Origin: Pseudomonadota bacterium
Lineage (GTDB): Bacteria > Desulfobacterota > Binatia > Binatales > Binataceae
DNA length: 64,000 nucleotides
NCBI GenBank assembly: GCA_021323675.1
Contig: JAJPKP010000061.1
Location: 11,955 to 75,954, forward strand
Direction: 5' to 3'
Shown here: positions 18,445-27,721 of the stretch, piece after piece
How the letters are laid out: each line of letters begins with the position of its first letter
Position numbering within the stretch: position 1 is the stretch's first letter
Translations under genes and position numbers: made by a program
Notes under the pieces: model-generated
Databases searched by the model: none
What the model was told of the DNA's origin: nothing
What the model saw: only the letters and a program-made list of their open reading frames with translations

Positions 18445-19230
18445 TCAGCCCTTGAGGAAACCTCGAACGGCCTTTACGAACTCAGCCTGCTGTTCGTACA
18501 TCGGCATGTGCCCGGCCTGCTTGATGGTGACCGCCTTCGCGCCCTTGATCCGGCTGGTGAACTCGTTGGCGTACACCGGCGGAATCAATTTGTCCGATTC
18601 GCCCCAAACCACCAGGGTCGGTGAAGAGATCCGGTAGGCGCGCTTCTTGAGTCCGCGGTCGGGCAACGGCCACAGGAATTTTCCCGCGGTCGCGAGCCGC
18701 TTCACGCGCTCGACGTACATCGCTTCGAGCGCCTTGAAGTCCTCCGGAATCGCGGTGAACATCTTGGCGATCGCGGAGTTCGGATCGTGGAAGAGCAGGG
18801 GACCGATTTCGGTCAGGTCAGCCGCAAAGAAGTCGGGAATCGGATGCTCTTCGAGCCAGAAACCCGCCGGCGACACCAACACGAGCTTCTTGACCCGATG
18901 GTTGCAGAGCGCGGCGACTTCGGCCGCCAGCATCCCGCCCATCGAGTGTCCGACCACGTTCGCGGGCGCGATGCCCAGTTCGTCGATCAGTTGATGGTAG
19001 AAGAGGGCGGCGTCGATTACGTCGTCGATGTGCTCGTTCCCCGTCGATTCACCATAGCCCGGAAAATGGGGAGCATAGACCTTGAAGTCTTTGCCGAGAT
19101 CTTCGAGGAACGGATCGACGCCCGTCAGGCCGCCGGCACCGTGCAGGAACAGGAGCGGCTCTCCGGCCGAACCGAACTGATGCAGTTCGACGGAGAACTT
19201 GCCGCCAAGCAATTTATGAGTGGTAATCAT
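18445..19230 (-). CDS. alpha/beta hydrolase
   Basis: 262 aa from ATG 19230 'MITTHKLLGG'. 'HGAGG', nucleophile elbow 'GHSMGG'. Start overlaps the LLM stop (ATGA). The 509-aa table ORF is a frame run-through. Confidence 0.8.
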   Translation of the reverse strand: MITTHKLLGGKFSVELHQFGSAGEPLLFLHGAGGLTGVDPFLEDLGKDFKVYAPHFPGYGESTGNEHIDDVIDAALFYHQLIDELGIAPANVVGHSMGGMLAAEVAALCNHRVKKLVLVSPAGFWLEEHPIPDFFAADLTEIGPLLFHDPNSAIAKMFTAIPEDFKALEAMYVERVKRLATAGKFLWPLPDRGLKKRAYRISSPTLVVWGESDKLIPPVYANEFTSRIKGAKAVTIKQAGHMPMYEQQAEFVKAVRGFLKG

Positions 19231-20519
19231 TTCGCGCTGCGAACCTCCGACTGAATTCCCGCGGGACGCGTTTGGCCGTTGGCGCCGCCCTTCTCGAAGT
19301 GCACCGGCGCGGGGCTCTGGATCTCGGGCAGGCGTTTGGGCGACCAGCGATCCTCGTACTCGCTCCACAGGTCGCGCATATACGGCATGACCTCTTTTGC
19401 GAACAGTTCCGTGCTGGCTTTCACCAGATCGGGCGGCATCGAGCCAATCTGCATGAGCATCATGAGATGTCCGCAGTGGAGCGTCTTCATCGCTTCGCGC
19501 AGCCGCTCCCGAACCGTCTTGGGCGAGCCGGCGATGATGAAGCCCTGGTCGACGAAGTCCTTCCAGGTAAGTCCGTCGCGGCGCAGGTCCGCCTGCTTGC
19601 CGACCTGGCCGAGCAGTCCGGCTTTGATGGTCTTGACCGTGCGATAGCCCGGCGCATCGGCGAAGCCGTTGTACACGTGCAGGCAGCGGTTGAAGAAGTA
19701 GTCCACGTGTGGGGAATAGAGGCGCTCGGCTTCCTCGTCGGAGTTGGCGACGATGACCACCTGCGCGAAGCCCATCGCGTACGGATTCGGTTCCTTGCCC
19801 TTTTTGGCCATCACTTCCCAGTAGCCGTCGGCGACTTTCTTGCCGGCGATGTAGCCGAAATAGCTGAGGAAACTGTACTGGTAGTCGTGGTCGGCGCAGA
19901 AGTCGTAGGTCTCGACGGAGCCGCCGCCCGGAATCCAAATCGGCGGATGCGGCTGCTGGATCGGGCGCGGCCACAGGTTTACGTAGCGCAGCTTGGTGTA
20001 CTTGCCGTTGAAGGAGAAGATGTCCATCTCCTTCCAGGCCTTCACGATCAGGTCGTGCGCTTCGTAATACTTCTCGCGCAGGGTGGCCGGCACTTCGCCG
20101 TAGCAGAAGTTGTCGTCCATCGAGGTGCCGACCGGAAAACCGGCGATCAGCCGTCCGCCCGACATCACATCCAGCATCGCGAATTCCTCCGCGACCCGAA
20201 CCGGCGGGTTGTAGAGAGCGATCGAATTGCCCAGGACCACGAGGTTGGCGTTGCGCGTGCGCCGCGTTAACGCCGCCGCCATCAGGTTCGGCGACGGCAT
20301 CATCCCGTAGCCGTTCTGATGATGCTCGTTGACGCCGAGGCCGTCGAAACCCATCGCATCGGCGAATTCGAGCTGATCGAGATAGTCGTTATACAGGCGA
20401 TGCCCGACCTTGGGATCGTACAGATTGCGCGGGATGTCGACCCAAACGCTGCGGTACTTGTCCTTGAAGTCTTCCGGCAGGAACCGGTACGGCATCAGGT
20501 GAAACCATGTGAATTTCAT
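19227..20519 (-). CDS. LLM-class flavin-dependent oxidoreductase (luciferase-like monooxygenase)
   Basis: 430 aa. 'GVNEHHQNGYGMMP', 'RLIAGFPVG', 'PHPPIWIPGG', 'IAGSPKTVRERL' are typical bacterial-luciferase-family blocks. Confidence 0.8.
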   Translation of the reverse strand: MKFTWFHLMPYRFLPEDFKDKYRSVWVDIPRNLYDPKVGHRLYNDYLDQLEFADAMGFDGLGVNEHHQNGYGMMPSPNLMAAALTRRTRNANLVVLGNSIALYNPPVRVAEEFAMLDVMSGGRLIAGFPVGTSMDDNFCYGEVPATLREKYYEAHDLIVKAWKEMDIFSFNGKYTKLRYVNLWPRPIQQPHPPIWIPGGGSVETYDFCADHDYQYSFLSYFGYIAGKKVADGYWEVMAKKGKEPNPYAMGFAQVVIVANSDEEAERLYSPHVDYFFNRCLHVYNGFADAPGYRTVKTIKAGLLGQVGKQADLRRDGLTWKDFVDQGFIIAGSPKTVRERLREAMKTLHCGHLMMLMQIGSMPPDLVKASTELFAKEVMPYMRDLWSEYEDRWSPKRLPEIQSPAPVHFEKGGANGQTRPAGIQSEVRSAK

Positions 20520-20552
20520 AAGCTCATCTCCTTTGCCCCTGCGCCACCCCGA

Positions 20553-21395
20553 TCAGGCTAAGCCCCGAGCAGCGACTGCGTGCGATTCTTTCTCCTCGAT
20601 TTTTTCGGCGTGGCCGTTGCCGGTCCCGCCGTTGATTCCCGTTCGCGATTTCGACCCCGCTACGGCCAGCCGCGCCCGTTGATGTCCCGGATGAGCGTCG
20701 CGAGCCGGAGCGGTTGCCGCGGTGATCGGTTGATCGCCCGCGATCCTTCCCAACGAATGATCTTTCACCAAATGGGACTCGAGCGCCTCGTGGATGAAGT
20801 GCTCCGGGTCGAGGCCGGTGATGTCTTTGAAGAAATTGTCGTCGCCGAGCAACATGAAGGCGCCATTGATGCTCGCCCACATCACCGCGGCGGTTTTGGC
20901 GGGCCCCATCGCATTGGCGATGAGTCCGGCATCGATAACGCGCGCGATCGTCCGCTCCCAGAGGCCGAACACTTCGTGGCTGAGTTCGAGGACGCGCTTG
21001 TAGTTGCGAAGCTCGGAGGCGCGCTTGATGCGCCTGCTCAGCTTGCCCCATCCGGCAGACTGCTGGCTCAGGAACATCTCGCGGGATTCGCGGATGTGAT
21101 CGAGATAGGCGGCGGCAATGTCGCGCAGTTCATCGAGCGGCGCGAGATTGCTCGACTGAATCGCGACGTATCGCGCCCGGAGCTGATTGACGCGTTCCAC
21201 CAGCAGGCTCAGGAAGAGATCGTCGCGGGAGCAGAAGTAGAGATAGATGGTTCCGACCGCGACCTCGGCCTCGCGCGCGATCATTTCGATCGTGGAATGT
21301 TCGAGGCCGTGCTCGGCGAACACGCGAAGGGCGGCCGCCAGGATCGCATCGCTGCGCGCGCGCCGCTCGCGCCTATGACGTTCGCGAACGCTCAT
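20553..21395 (-). CDS. TetR/AcrR family transcriptional regulator
   Basis: Start 'MSVRERHRRE' (cat at 21393-21395). TetR_N HTH 'AALRVFAEHGLEHSTIEMIAREAEVAVGTIYLYF'. Confidence 0.8.
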   Translation of the reverse strand: MSVRERHRRERRARSDAILAAALRVFAEHGLEHSTIEMIAREAEVAVGTIYLYFCSRDDLFLSLLVERVNQLRARYVAIQSSNLAPLDELRDIAAAYLDHIRESREMFLSQQSAGWGKLSRRIKRASELRNYKRVLELSHEVFGLWERTIARVIDAGLIANAMGPAKTAAVMWASINGAFMLLGDDNFFKDITGLDPEHFIHEALESHLVKDHSLGRIAGDQPITAATAPARDAHPGHQRARLAVAGSKSRTGINGGTGNGHAEKIEEKESHAVAARGLA

Positions 21396-21404
21396 GCGCC
21401 CTTG

Positions 21405-21422
21405 AATGAATGATCCTTCATT
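21405..21422. promoter_or_regulatory. inverted repeat AATGAA-n6-TTCATT in TetR 5' leader and tonB-divergent region (candidate operator)
   Basis: 'aatgaatgatccttcatt' 10 nt upstream of the TetR start codon. Also contains the tandem 'AATGAATGA'. Confidence 0.35.
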
Positions 21423-21558
21423 TTCTGAACACAACCTCATAGCGCCGACCCCGCAGAATGTCAAAGGACGCCCTCGATCTTTCCCGCAAGCCGGGCTGGT
21501 TTAGCCTCGGCGCTATTGACTGATTCTCGCGAGCCGCTAGTGTCATCTTCGACTCGCG

Positions 21559-22548
21559 TTGGGAAAGCCGGTTCGAGGCCGGCGCTGCCCCGCAACTGTG
21601 GGGAGTATCGCGATTGGCCGCGATGCTCCGAGCCAGACTACCAGCCGAGTCGATGAAGCCGATTGGACCTTCGCGGGTGAGGGAGGCTTCCGGCGCGCGT
21701 GCCTTAGGGTACGCTTTCCTGCTGCCGATCTCCTCCGCGCGAGAAAGAGCAGCAGGTTGGCGAATCACGATCCAGAATGTCCTGGTGATTGTTCAGGAAG
21801 CGACGCTCCGACGCGTCCGCGGCGCCATCTCGTCTCGTTTGGCGCCTCCCTCGCCGCGCACATCATCTTGATCGGCGCGATCTTCTATTTCGCCCGTCTG
21901 CCTGAGCATGGTCACGATTGGGTGCTCGCCTACGTAATCGAAATGGGAGGCGGCGCTGGCGGCGCATCCGGGGGAAGCAAGGATTCCGGCGGTGTGCCGA
22001 TGGAACTACAGCCGATGCCCGAGGCGCCCACGCGCCCGGACTGGTCCACTCAGGACCTGGAAGCCGATACCGCTCAGGTCGTCATCGAAGATGCGGCAAG
22101 GCCGGCGCCGAGGCCGGGCGTAATGGCGCATCTGAACGGAGGCGCTCTCCGCCCGCATTCGCGCCGTGGCATCGGCTCCGGCACTGGCGGAGCCTCCGGC
22201 ACCGGCGATACGGGAGGCGGCTTTGGCGCCGGAACGGGAACGGGCAGCGGCCGGGGATTCGGCAATGGCATGCAGCTCGCGCACGCCGACTACGGCTCGA
22301 ATCCCGCGCCGCAGTATCCCGCCCGCTCGCGCAGGCGTGCCGAGCAGGGCACCGTCATCCTTCACGTGCTGGTGGCTGCGGATGGCCTTGTAGAGCGGGT
22401 CGAGGTTGCCGAATCATCCGGGTTCGATGACCTCGACGTCTCCGCGCTGGAGACGGTGCGCACCCGATGGCGTTTCGTTCCGGCCCGCCGCGACGGCCAT
22501 CCGGTCGAAAGCTGGGTCCTGGTGCCCATCCGCTTCGCGCTGCGATAG
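21559..22548 (+). CDS. tonB: energy transducer TonB
   Basis: C-terminal TonB_C domain 'GTVILHVLVAADGLVERVEVAESSGFDDLDVSALETVRTRWRFVPARRDGHPVESWVLVPIRF'. TM helix 'LAAHIILIGAIFYFARL'. Gly-rich rather than Pro-rich linker. True start probably downstream of 21559, e.g. the TTG at 'LANHDPE'. Confidence 0.65.
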   Translation: MGKPVRGRRCPATVGSIAIGRDAPSQTTSRVDEADWTFAGEGGFRRACLRVRFPAADLLRARKSSRLANHDPECPGDCSGSDAPTRPRRHLVSFGASLAAHIILIGAIFYFARLPEHGHDWVLAYVIEMGGGAGGASGGSKDSGGVPMELQPMPEAPTRPDWSTQDLEADTAQVVIEDAARPAPRPGVMAHLNGGALRPHSRRGIGSGTGGASGTGDTGGGFGAGTGTGSGRGFGNGMQLAHADYGSNPAPQYPARSRRRAEQGTVILHVLVAADGLVERVEVAESSGFDDLDVSALETVRTRWRFVPARRDGHPVESWVLVPIRFALR

Positions 22549-22720
22549 GGGTGAAGTCGAAGACCGTTTCAGGCGCACGGACGAGTCGATTTGCCGGGGC
22601 TTGCAGGGGGGGCTTGCCGGCCGCTGATTCCCCGGAGCTTAAAAGTTCAGGCCGCGCGGTGTTATTTTTAATAACAAGACGGCGTGGTATAAGCCGTCGC
22701 AGGATGGGGGTGTTACGACC

Positions 22721-23224
22721 ATGACTGCCAAACCAAGCGCTTATCGAACCTGGAGCATAGTTCTTCTGCTCGCCGCTTTCCTGGTTCCGGCGAGCGCCCA
22801 CGCAATTGAAGTCAAGAAGATGATCAGCACCGGCGGAGGCGGCGGTGGCGGCGGCGGACCGGCGATGAGCGGTCCGGCACCCAAAAATCCGCTTAGCCCC
22901 GCGCAGCAAAAGGCGCTGTTCGACACCGTTGCCAGTGACTCCGATCAGTTCCTTGCGCAGGAGAGCGAGAAGAAGTCCTCGGGCGAGCTCTACGTCGATC
23001 TGGACAAGGCGACCTTCAACTACGTACCCAAAGGCGGCACCGTGGAGGCCAAGCTCACCGCTCCCGAAATGAAACCGAAAAAGAGCGATCCGACCTCCAA
23101 AGGGACTCCGACCGGCAAGAAAAAAGCGCTCGTCTTCAACTACAAGGTGGACGGAACCAAGTTCACCGCGACCGAGCCACCGAAGTGGGAAGACGTCGAG
23201 ACCGAGAAGTCGGCGAAGAAGTAG
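22721..23224 (+). CDS. hypothetical secreted protein with poly-Gly tract
   Basis: Signal peptide 'IVLLLAAFLVPASAHA'. G9 run. Lys-rich. Confidence 0.5.
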   Translation: MTAKPSAYRTWSIVLLLAAFLVPASAHAIEVKKMISTGGGGGGGGGPAMSGPAPKNPLSPAQQKALFDTVASDSDQFLAQESEKKSSGELYVDLDKATFNYVPKGGTVEAKLTAPEMKPKKSDPTSKGTPTGKKKALVFNYKVDGTKFTATEPPKWEDVETEKSAKK

Positions 23225-23291
23225 CGGCGCAACAGACTATACAAGGCGATGCGCGGCGGCGACTGCCCGGCCGCCGCGGCGCTGGGCTATT

Positions 23292-23729
23292 GTGAAAAAA
23301 AGACTGCAAGACGACCTCAAGGCCGCGATGAAGAGCGGCGACACGCGGCGCACCATGACCATTCGCGGTGTGCTGGCGGAAATCACGCGGGTGGAAAAGG
23401 ACGTGCGGCGCGAGGCCAACGAAACCGAGATCGTACAGATCATCAAGCGCGAGCGCGCGCGCCGCGAAGAAGCCCTCGGCTTTGCGAAACAGGCGAACCG
23501 GGCCGACCTGATCGATCAGAACGAAGCCGAAGCCAAGATCCTTGCCGAGTACCTTCCCGCCGAAGTTTCCGCCGATGACGTGCGCGCGGCGGTCGCGGAA
23601 ATCATCGCGGGCGGAGCGTCTCAGATGGGTCCCGTGATGAAGGCATTGCGCGACAGGTTTGGCGCGCGCCTCGACGGCAAGCTTGCCAGCGAACTTGCCA
23701 AAGAAGCCCTTGCGAAAAAACCGGCATAG
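23292..23729 (+). CDS. GatB/YqeY domain-containing protein
   Basis: 145 aa. 'MKKRLQDDLKAAMKSGD...' is the canonical YqeY N-terminus. Confidence 0.8.
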   Translation: MKKRLQDDLKAAMKSGDTRRTMTIRGVLAEITRVEKDVRREANETEIVQIIKRERARREEALGFAKQANRADLIDQNEAEAKILAEYLPAEVSADDVRAAVAEIIAGGASQMGPVMKALRDRFGARLDGKLASELAKEALAKKPA

Positions 23730-23916
23730 TCCGCTTTGGTCACTAGTCCGCGATCTGTCCGGCCGCGATAAAAATCGGGCGCGACCCTGGGAAACGGGTA
23801 CGCTCCCCGATTCATCCATGGCGGCGGCGATTGCGCCCCCGGCGGCCAGGACTCTTGCGGCGCGGGAGCGCGGAGATCAGCGCGAACCACTTTGGCGGAT
23901 TACCGCGTGAAACCAG

Positions 23917-25083
23917 GTGCAGGCGATGGCTCAACGAAAACCAGAACCGTTCCGGATTGCGGTGGCTGACGACGTGCTCGCGGACCTGAAGGCGCGCTTG
24001 GATCGTACGCGCCTTCCGGACGAAGTGCCGGACACCGGATGGGAATACGGCACGAACCTCGCCTACATGCGCGAGCTTATCGAGTACTGGCGCACCCGCT
24101 ACGACTGGCGCAAGCATGAAGCCCATCTGAACCGCTTTCGCCATTTTCGGGCCGAAGTCGGCGGACTTGGAATTCATTTCATCCACGAGCAGGGCCGCGG
24201 ACCGAATCCGAAGCCGCTGCTGCTCATTCACGGATGGCCGGGATCGGTTTACGAGTTCATGGAAATCATCCCGATGCTGACGGATCCGGCCGCGCATGGC
24301 GGCGATCCGCGCGACTCGTTCACCGTCATCGCGCCTTCGCTTCCGGGCTACGGCTTTTCGGACCATCCGAAGGCCCGCGCGATGAATATCCAGGCGATCG
24401 CCGACATCTTCTTCCATCTGATGACGGAGGCGCTCGGCTTCAAGCGCTTCGCGGTGCAGGGCGGCGATTGGGGGTCGGCGATTACCGCGCGGATCGGCGA
24501 GGTCTATGCCGCCCATCTGTATGGAATTCACCTCAACATGATTCCGATCGGTCCGGCTGAAGGCCGCAATGCTCCCGAGCTGACGCCCGAAGAGAAGGTG
24601 TTTCTCGGCGACATGGAAAAGTTCCGCACGGCCGAGACCGGTTATCAATGGATTCAGGGAACGAAGCCGCAGACGCTCGCATACGGGCTCAACGATTCGC
24701 CGGCGGGCCTGGCGGGATGGATCGTCGAGAAATTCCGCACCTGGAGCGATTGCCATGGCAACGTGGAATCGCGCTTCACCAAGGATCAGCTTTTGACGAA
24801 CGTGATGATCTACTGGATCACCCAGTCGATTAATTCATCGACTCGTCTCTACTACGAGGCACGGCACCATCCCTGGCGTCTCAAGCCCGGCACCCGAATC
24901 GAGGCGCCGGCGGCGGTTGCGATGTTTCCGGGAGAGCTGGCGCGCCCGCCGCGCCATTGGGCAGAGCGCGTGCTCAACGTGAAGCGATGGACGGTGATGC
25001 CAAGCGGAGGGCATTTCGCGGCGATGGAAGAGCCGAAGCTTCTCGCTGACGACATCCGGGCCTTTTTCCGGGAGCAGTCCTGA
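23917..25083 (+). CDS. epoxide hydrolase (microsomal EH-like N-terminal domain + alpha/beta hydrolase)
   Basis: 388 aa. EHN domain 'PFRIAVADDVLADLKARLDRTRLPDE'. 'HGWPGSVYEF' oxyanion-hole motif. Confidence 0.8.
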   Translation: MQAMAQRKPEPFRIAVADDVLADLKARLDRTRLPDEVPDTGWEYGTNLAYMRELIEYWRTRYDWRKHEAHLNRFRHFRAEVGGLGIHFIHEQGRGPNPKPLLLIHGWPGSVYEFMEIIPMLTDPAAHGGDPRDSFTVIAPSLPGYGFSDHPKARAMNIQAIADIFFHLMTEALGFKRFAVQGGDWGSAITARIGEVYAAHLYGIHLNMIPIGPAEGRNAPELTPEEKVFLGDMEKFRTAETGYQWIQGTKPQTLAYGLNDSPAGLAGWIVEKFRTWSDCHGNVESRFTKDQLLTNVMIYWITQSINSSTRLYYEARHHPWRLKPGTRIEAPAAVAMFPGELARPPRHWAERVLNVKRWTVMPSGGHFAAMEEPKLLADDIRAFFREQS

Positions 25084-25156
25084 ATCGCAAGCCCGCGAAC
25101 CACGGCGCGCGAGGCCGCCCGAAAGATCGCGTCTGTCGATTCGAAGTATCCGCCGG

Positions 25157-27103
25157 TTATTTTGCCGCCGGATGCTCTTCGAATTTGACCAGTTCGGCGT
25201 AAAGCTTGTCGACTTCGCGGCCGAGCCGCTCGTATCGCGCGATTAAGTCGTCAGCATCCTTGCGCGCCAGGTAGAAGTTCGGATCGTTCATTTCCTGGGC
25301 GAGCGCGGCGCGTTCGCTCTCGCGCTTCTCGATTTCGGCCTCGACCCGCGCGCGTTCTTTCGCCGCGCGATCCATCCGGCGCTTCTGCTCGCGATCCTGA
25401 TCGCGGTCGCGCGCCGGCTGGACCTCCTTGCGGATCGGCGCCGGGGCGGGCGCAGGCTTCGCATTTGCGCCGTTCGATGCGGCCGCGGCGCGCGCCTCCA
25501 TCTCGGCCTTCTTGGCGAGGTAGTCGTCGTAGTTGCCCAGGTAACGAATGGCGTGGCCCTGGCCAACTTCGATTACTTCGGTGACCAGTTCGTTCAGCAC
25601 GTGGCGGTCGTGGCTGACGATGATCACGGTTCCGGGGAACCGCCGGAGCGCTTCGAGCAGGCTGTCCTTGGCGATGATGTCGAGGTTGTTGGTCGGCTCG
25701 TCCAGCAGCAGGCAGTTGTTGCGCCGCGCGAGCACCTTGGCGAGCGCAAGGCGCGCGCGCTCTCCGCCCGAGAGGACGCCGGCGCGCTTTTCGACGTCGT
25801 CGCCCGAAAACAGCATCGCGCCGAGCAATCCGCGAATCTCCGAGGTCGTCATCCCCTGCGAGTTGTCGCTCAGTTCCTTGAGCACGGAGTTGTCGTAGTT
25901 GAGGGACTCGGCGAGGTTCTGGGCGAAGTATCCGATGACGACCTTGTCGCCGACCATACGCTGTCCGGCGGTGAGCGGCTCGATTCCCGCCATCAGCTTC
26001 ATCATCGTGGATTTTCCCGCGCCGTTGGGGCCGACCAGCGCGATCTTCTGTCCGCGCTCGATGACGAGATCGATGCCGTCGTAGACGGTGAGATCGCCGT
26101 AGCGCTTGACGACGCCGCGCATCTCGAACACGCGCCGCGCGCTGCGCTCGCATTGCGGAAAAGTAATCGAGGGCGGCTTTTCGGCGCCGACCGGCGGCTC
26201 AAGCCGCTCCATCTTTTCGAGCTGGCGGATGCGGCTTTGGACCAGGGCGGCTTTGCTCTTCTGAAAGCGGAAGCGGCTGATGAACGCTTCCATGTGCTCG
26301 ATTTCGGCGCGCTGCTTCTCGTATGCGGCCATCTCGAGCGCGAATCTCTCCTCGCGCTGCACCAGGTAGCGCGAGTAATTGCCGTGGTACTCGGTCAATT
26401 TGCCGCGTGCGAGCTCGACGGTCCGATCGGTCACCCGATCGAGAAAATAGCGATCGTGCGAAACCAGGATGATTCCGCCCGTGTATGACTGCAGGTAATC
26501 TTCGAGCCAGTTGCGCGCTTCGATATCGAGATGATTGGTCGGCTCGTCGAGCATCATGAACTCGGGCGAGTCCAGAAGCAGCTTGGCCAGCGCTATTCGC
26601 ATCCGGATTCCGCCGGAAAATTCCGCGACATCGCGCGTCAAGTCTTCTTCCTTGAAGCCCAGGCCGAAGAGCACGGCGGTCGCGCGGCTTTCGGCGCTGT
26701 AAAAGTCGTGACGCTCGAGTTCGTGCAGAATCTCGCCGAGTTCGGCGAGCGCGCTGTCATGGGCGGGTCCCGAGTGCTCGCGCGCAAGAATCTCCTCGAC
26801 TTCGCGCCTGCGGCGATCCAGCGCCTGGGCGCGGTCAAGCGCCGAAAGCGTTTCGGCCAGCACGCTGCGGCCTCCCATCTCCGGGGCGTCCTGAGCGAGA
26901 TAACCGACGCGGGTCTTTTGCGGTCGCGCGATTCGTCCTGAATCCGGAGAGAACACTTCCGCGATCAGGCGCAGCAGCGTGGATTTTCCCGCGCCGTTAA
27001 GGCCGACCAGCCCCACGCGCGCGTTGTCGTTCATCGACCACGTGACGTGATCGAGGACCGTCCGCGCGCCAAAGGACTTGGTTATGTTGTCGAGCGCGAG
27101 CAT
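25157..27103 (-). CDS. ABC-F family ATPase (Uup/EttA-like, two NBDs, C-terminal coiled coil)
   Basis: 648 aa. Two Walker A ('GLNGAGKST', 'GPNGAGKST'). Two ABC signatures ('LSGGIRMR', 'LSGGERAR'). No TMD. Charged C-terminal helix. Confidence 0.9.
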   Translation of the reverse strand: MLALDNITKSFGARTVLDHVTWSMNDNARVGLVGLNGAGKSTLLRLIAEVFSPDSGRIARPQKTRVGYLAQDAPEMGGRSVLAETLSALDRAQALDRRRREVEEILAREHSGPAHDSALAELGEILHELERHDFYSAESRATAVLFGLGFKEEDLTRDVAEFSGGIRMRIALAKLLLDSPEFMMLDEPTNHLDIEARNWLEDYLQSYTGGIILVSHDRYFLDRVTDRTVELARGKLTEYHGNYSRYLVQREERFALEMAAYEKQRAEIEHMEAFISRFRFQKSKAALVQSRIRQLEKMERLEPPVGAEKPPSITFPQCERSARRVFEMRGVVKRYGDLTVYDGIDLVIERGQKIALVGPNGAGKSTMMKLMAGIEPLTAGQRMVGDKVVIGYFAQNLAESLNYDNSVLKELSDNSQGMTTSEIRGLLGAMLFSGDDVEKRAGVLSGGERARLALAKVLARRNNCLLLDEPTNNLDIIAKDSLLEALRRFPGTVIIVSHDRHVLNELVTEVIEVGQGHAIRYLGNYDDYLAKKAEMEARAAAASNGANAKPAPAPAPIRKEVQPARDRDQDREQKRRMDRAAKERARVEAEIEKRESERAALAQEMNDPNFYLARKDADDLIARYERLGREVDKLYAELVKFEEHPAAK

Positions 27104-27306
27104 CGTTAAATAGTTGATCGTACCAGCCGCGCGCGATGCCTGAAAGGTGCGGGACTATCATTAACATACGCCCCGTTTCGGCCACGCGCGTGGCTGCGGA
27201 TTGCCGCGAGAGTCTGGTAAGGTCGGGCGGCCCTTGCCGCGGCATGAGTTCGACCGGCTGGCGGTAGTATATTTGGGCAGGAAGGGATTCAGGGAGGACT
27301 TTTACG

Positions 27307-27648
27307 ATGCCGGCAGTGCGCGATGGCGACCGGGTGGTGATAATCGACAAGCGCCTGTTCCGCGAGGACAACACGCGCGTGTTCGTCGGGGTGGTCGAGG
27401 AATGCGACGATCATATCCTTCGCGCGCGCGGCTTCGCCTATCATGTCAACCCTTACGAAGTGGCGGGAACCGAACGGCGAGGCGAAGAGCGGGTGCGCGT
27501 GGTGTCCATCAATGCCGGCGACACGGTCTTTCTGCTGCCGCGCGAGCAGGACATCGATAAACTTCAGCTCAAGCGATCGCCGAAGGCGATGAGCCTGACC
27601 GACGGCAAGTTCGCGATGGATCTGAGCGACTTCCTGCCGCGCGCGTAA
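27307..27648 (+). CDS. hypothetical protein
   Basis: 113 aa. No recognisable motif. RBS-like 'AGGGAGGA' upstream. Confidence 0.35.
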   Translation: MPAVRDGDRVVIIDKRLFREDNTRVFVGVVEECDDHILRARGFAYHVNPYEVAGTERRGEERVRVVSINAGDTVFLLPREQDIDKLQLKRSPKAMSLTDGKFAMDLSDFLPRA

Positions 27649-27721
27649 CCCTTGGTCTTCACATCGCCGCCTGTCTCGGCCTTCCGCGGGCACGAAAGCG
27701 GCGCGCCCCGAACTTCGCCGC

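Noticed and set aside
18445-19974. 509-aa ORF extending the alpha/beta hydrolase upstream
   Set aside because: The upstream 247 codons run through the LLM gene in a different frame with Arg/Gly-rich composition. The hydrolase fold begins at ATG 19230, which is ATGA-coupled to the LLM stop.
22721-22870. GGC/GGA repeat run (poly-Gly codons) as a possible tandem repeat or CRISPR-like element
   Set aside because: It is a simple homopolymeric-codon tract inside a coding sequence, not an interspaced repeat array. No CRISPR repeats are seen anywhere in the window.
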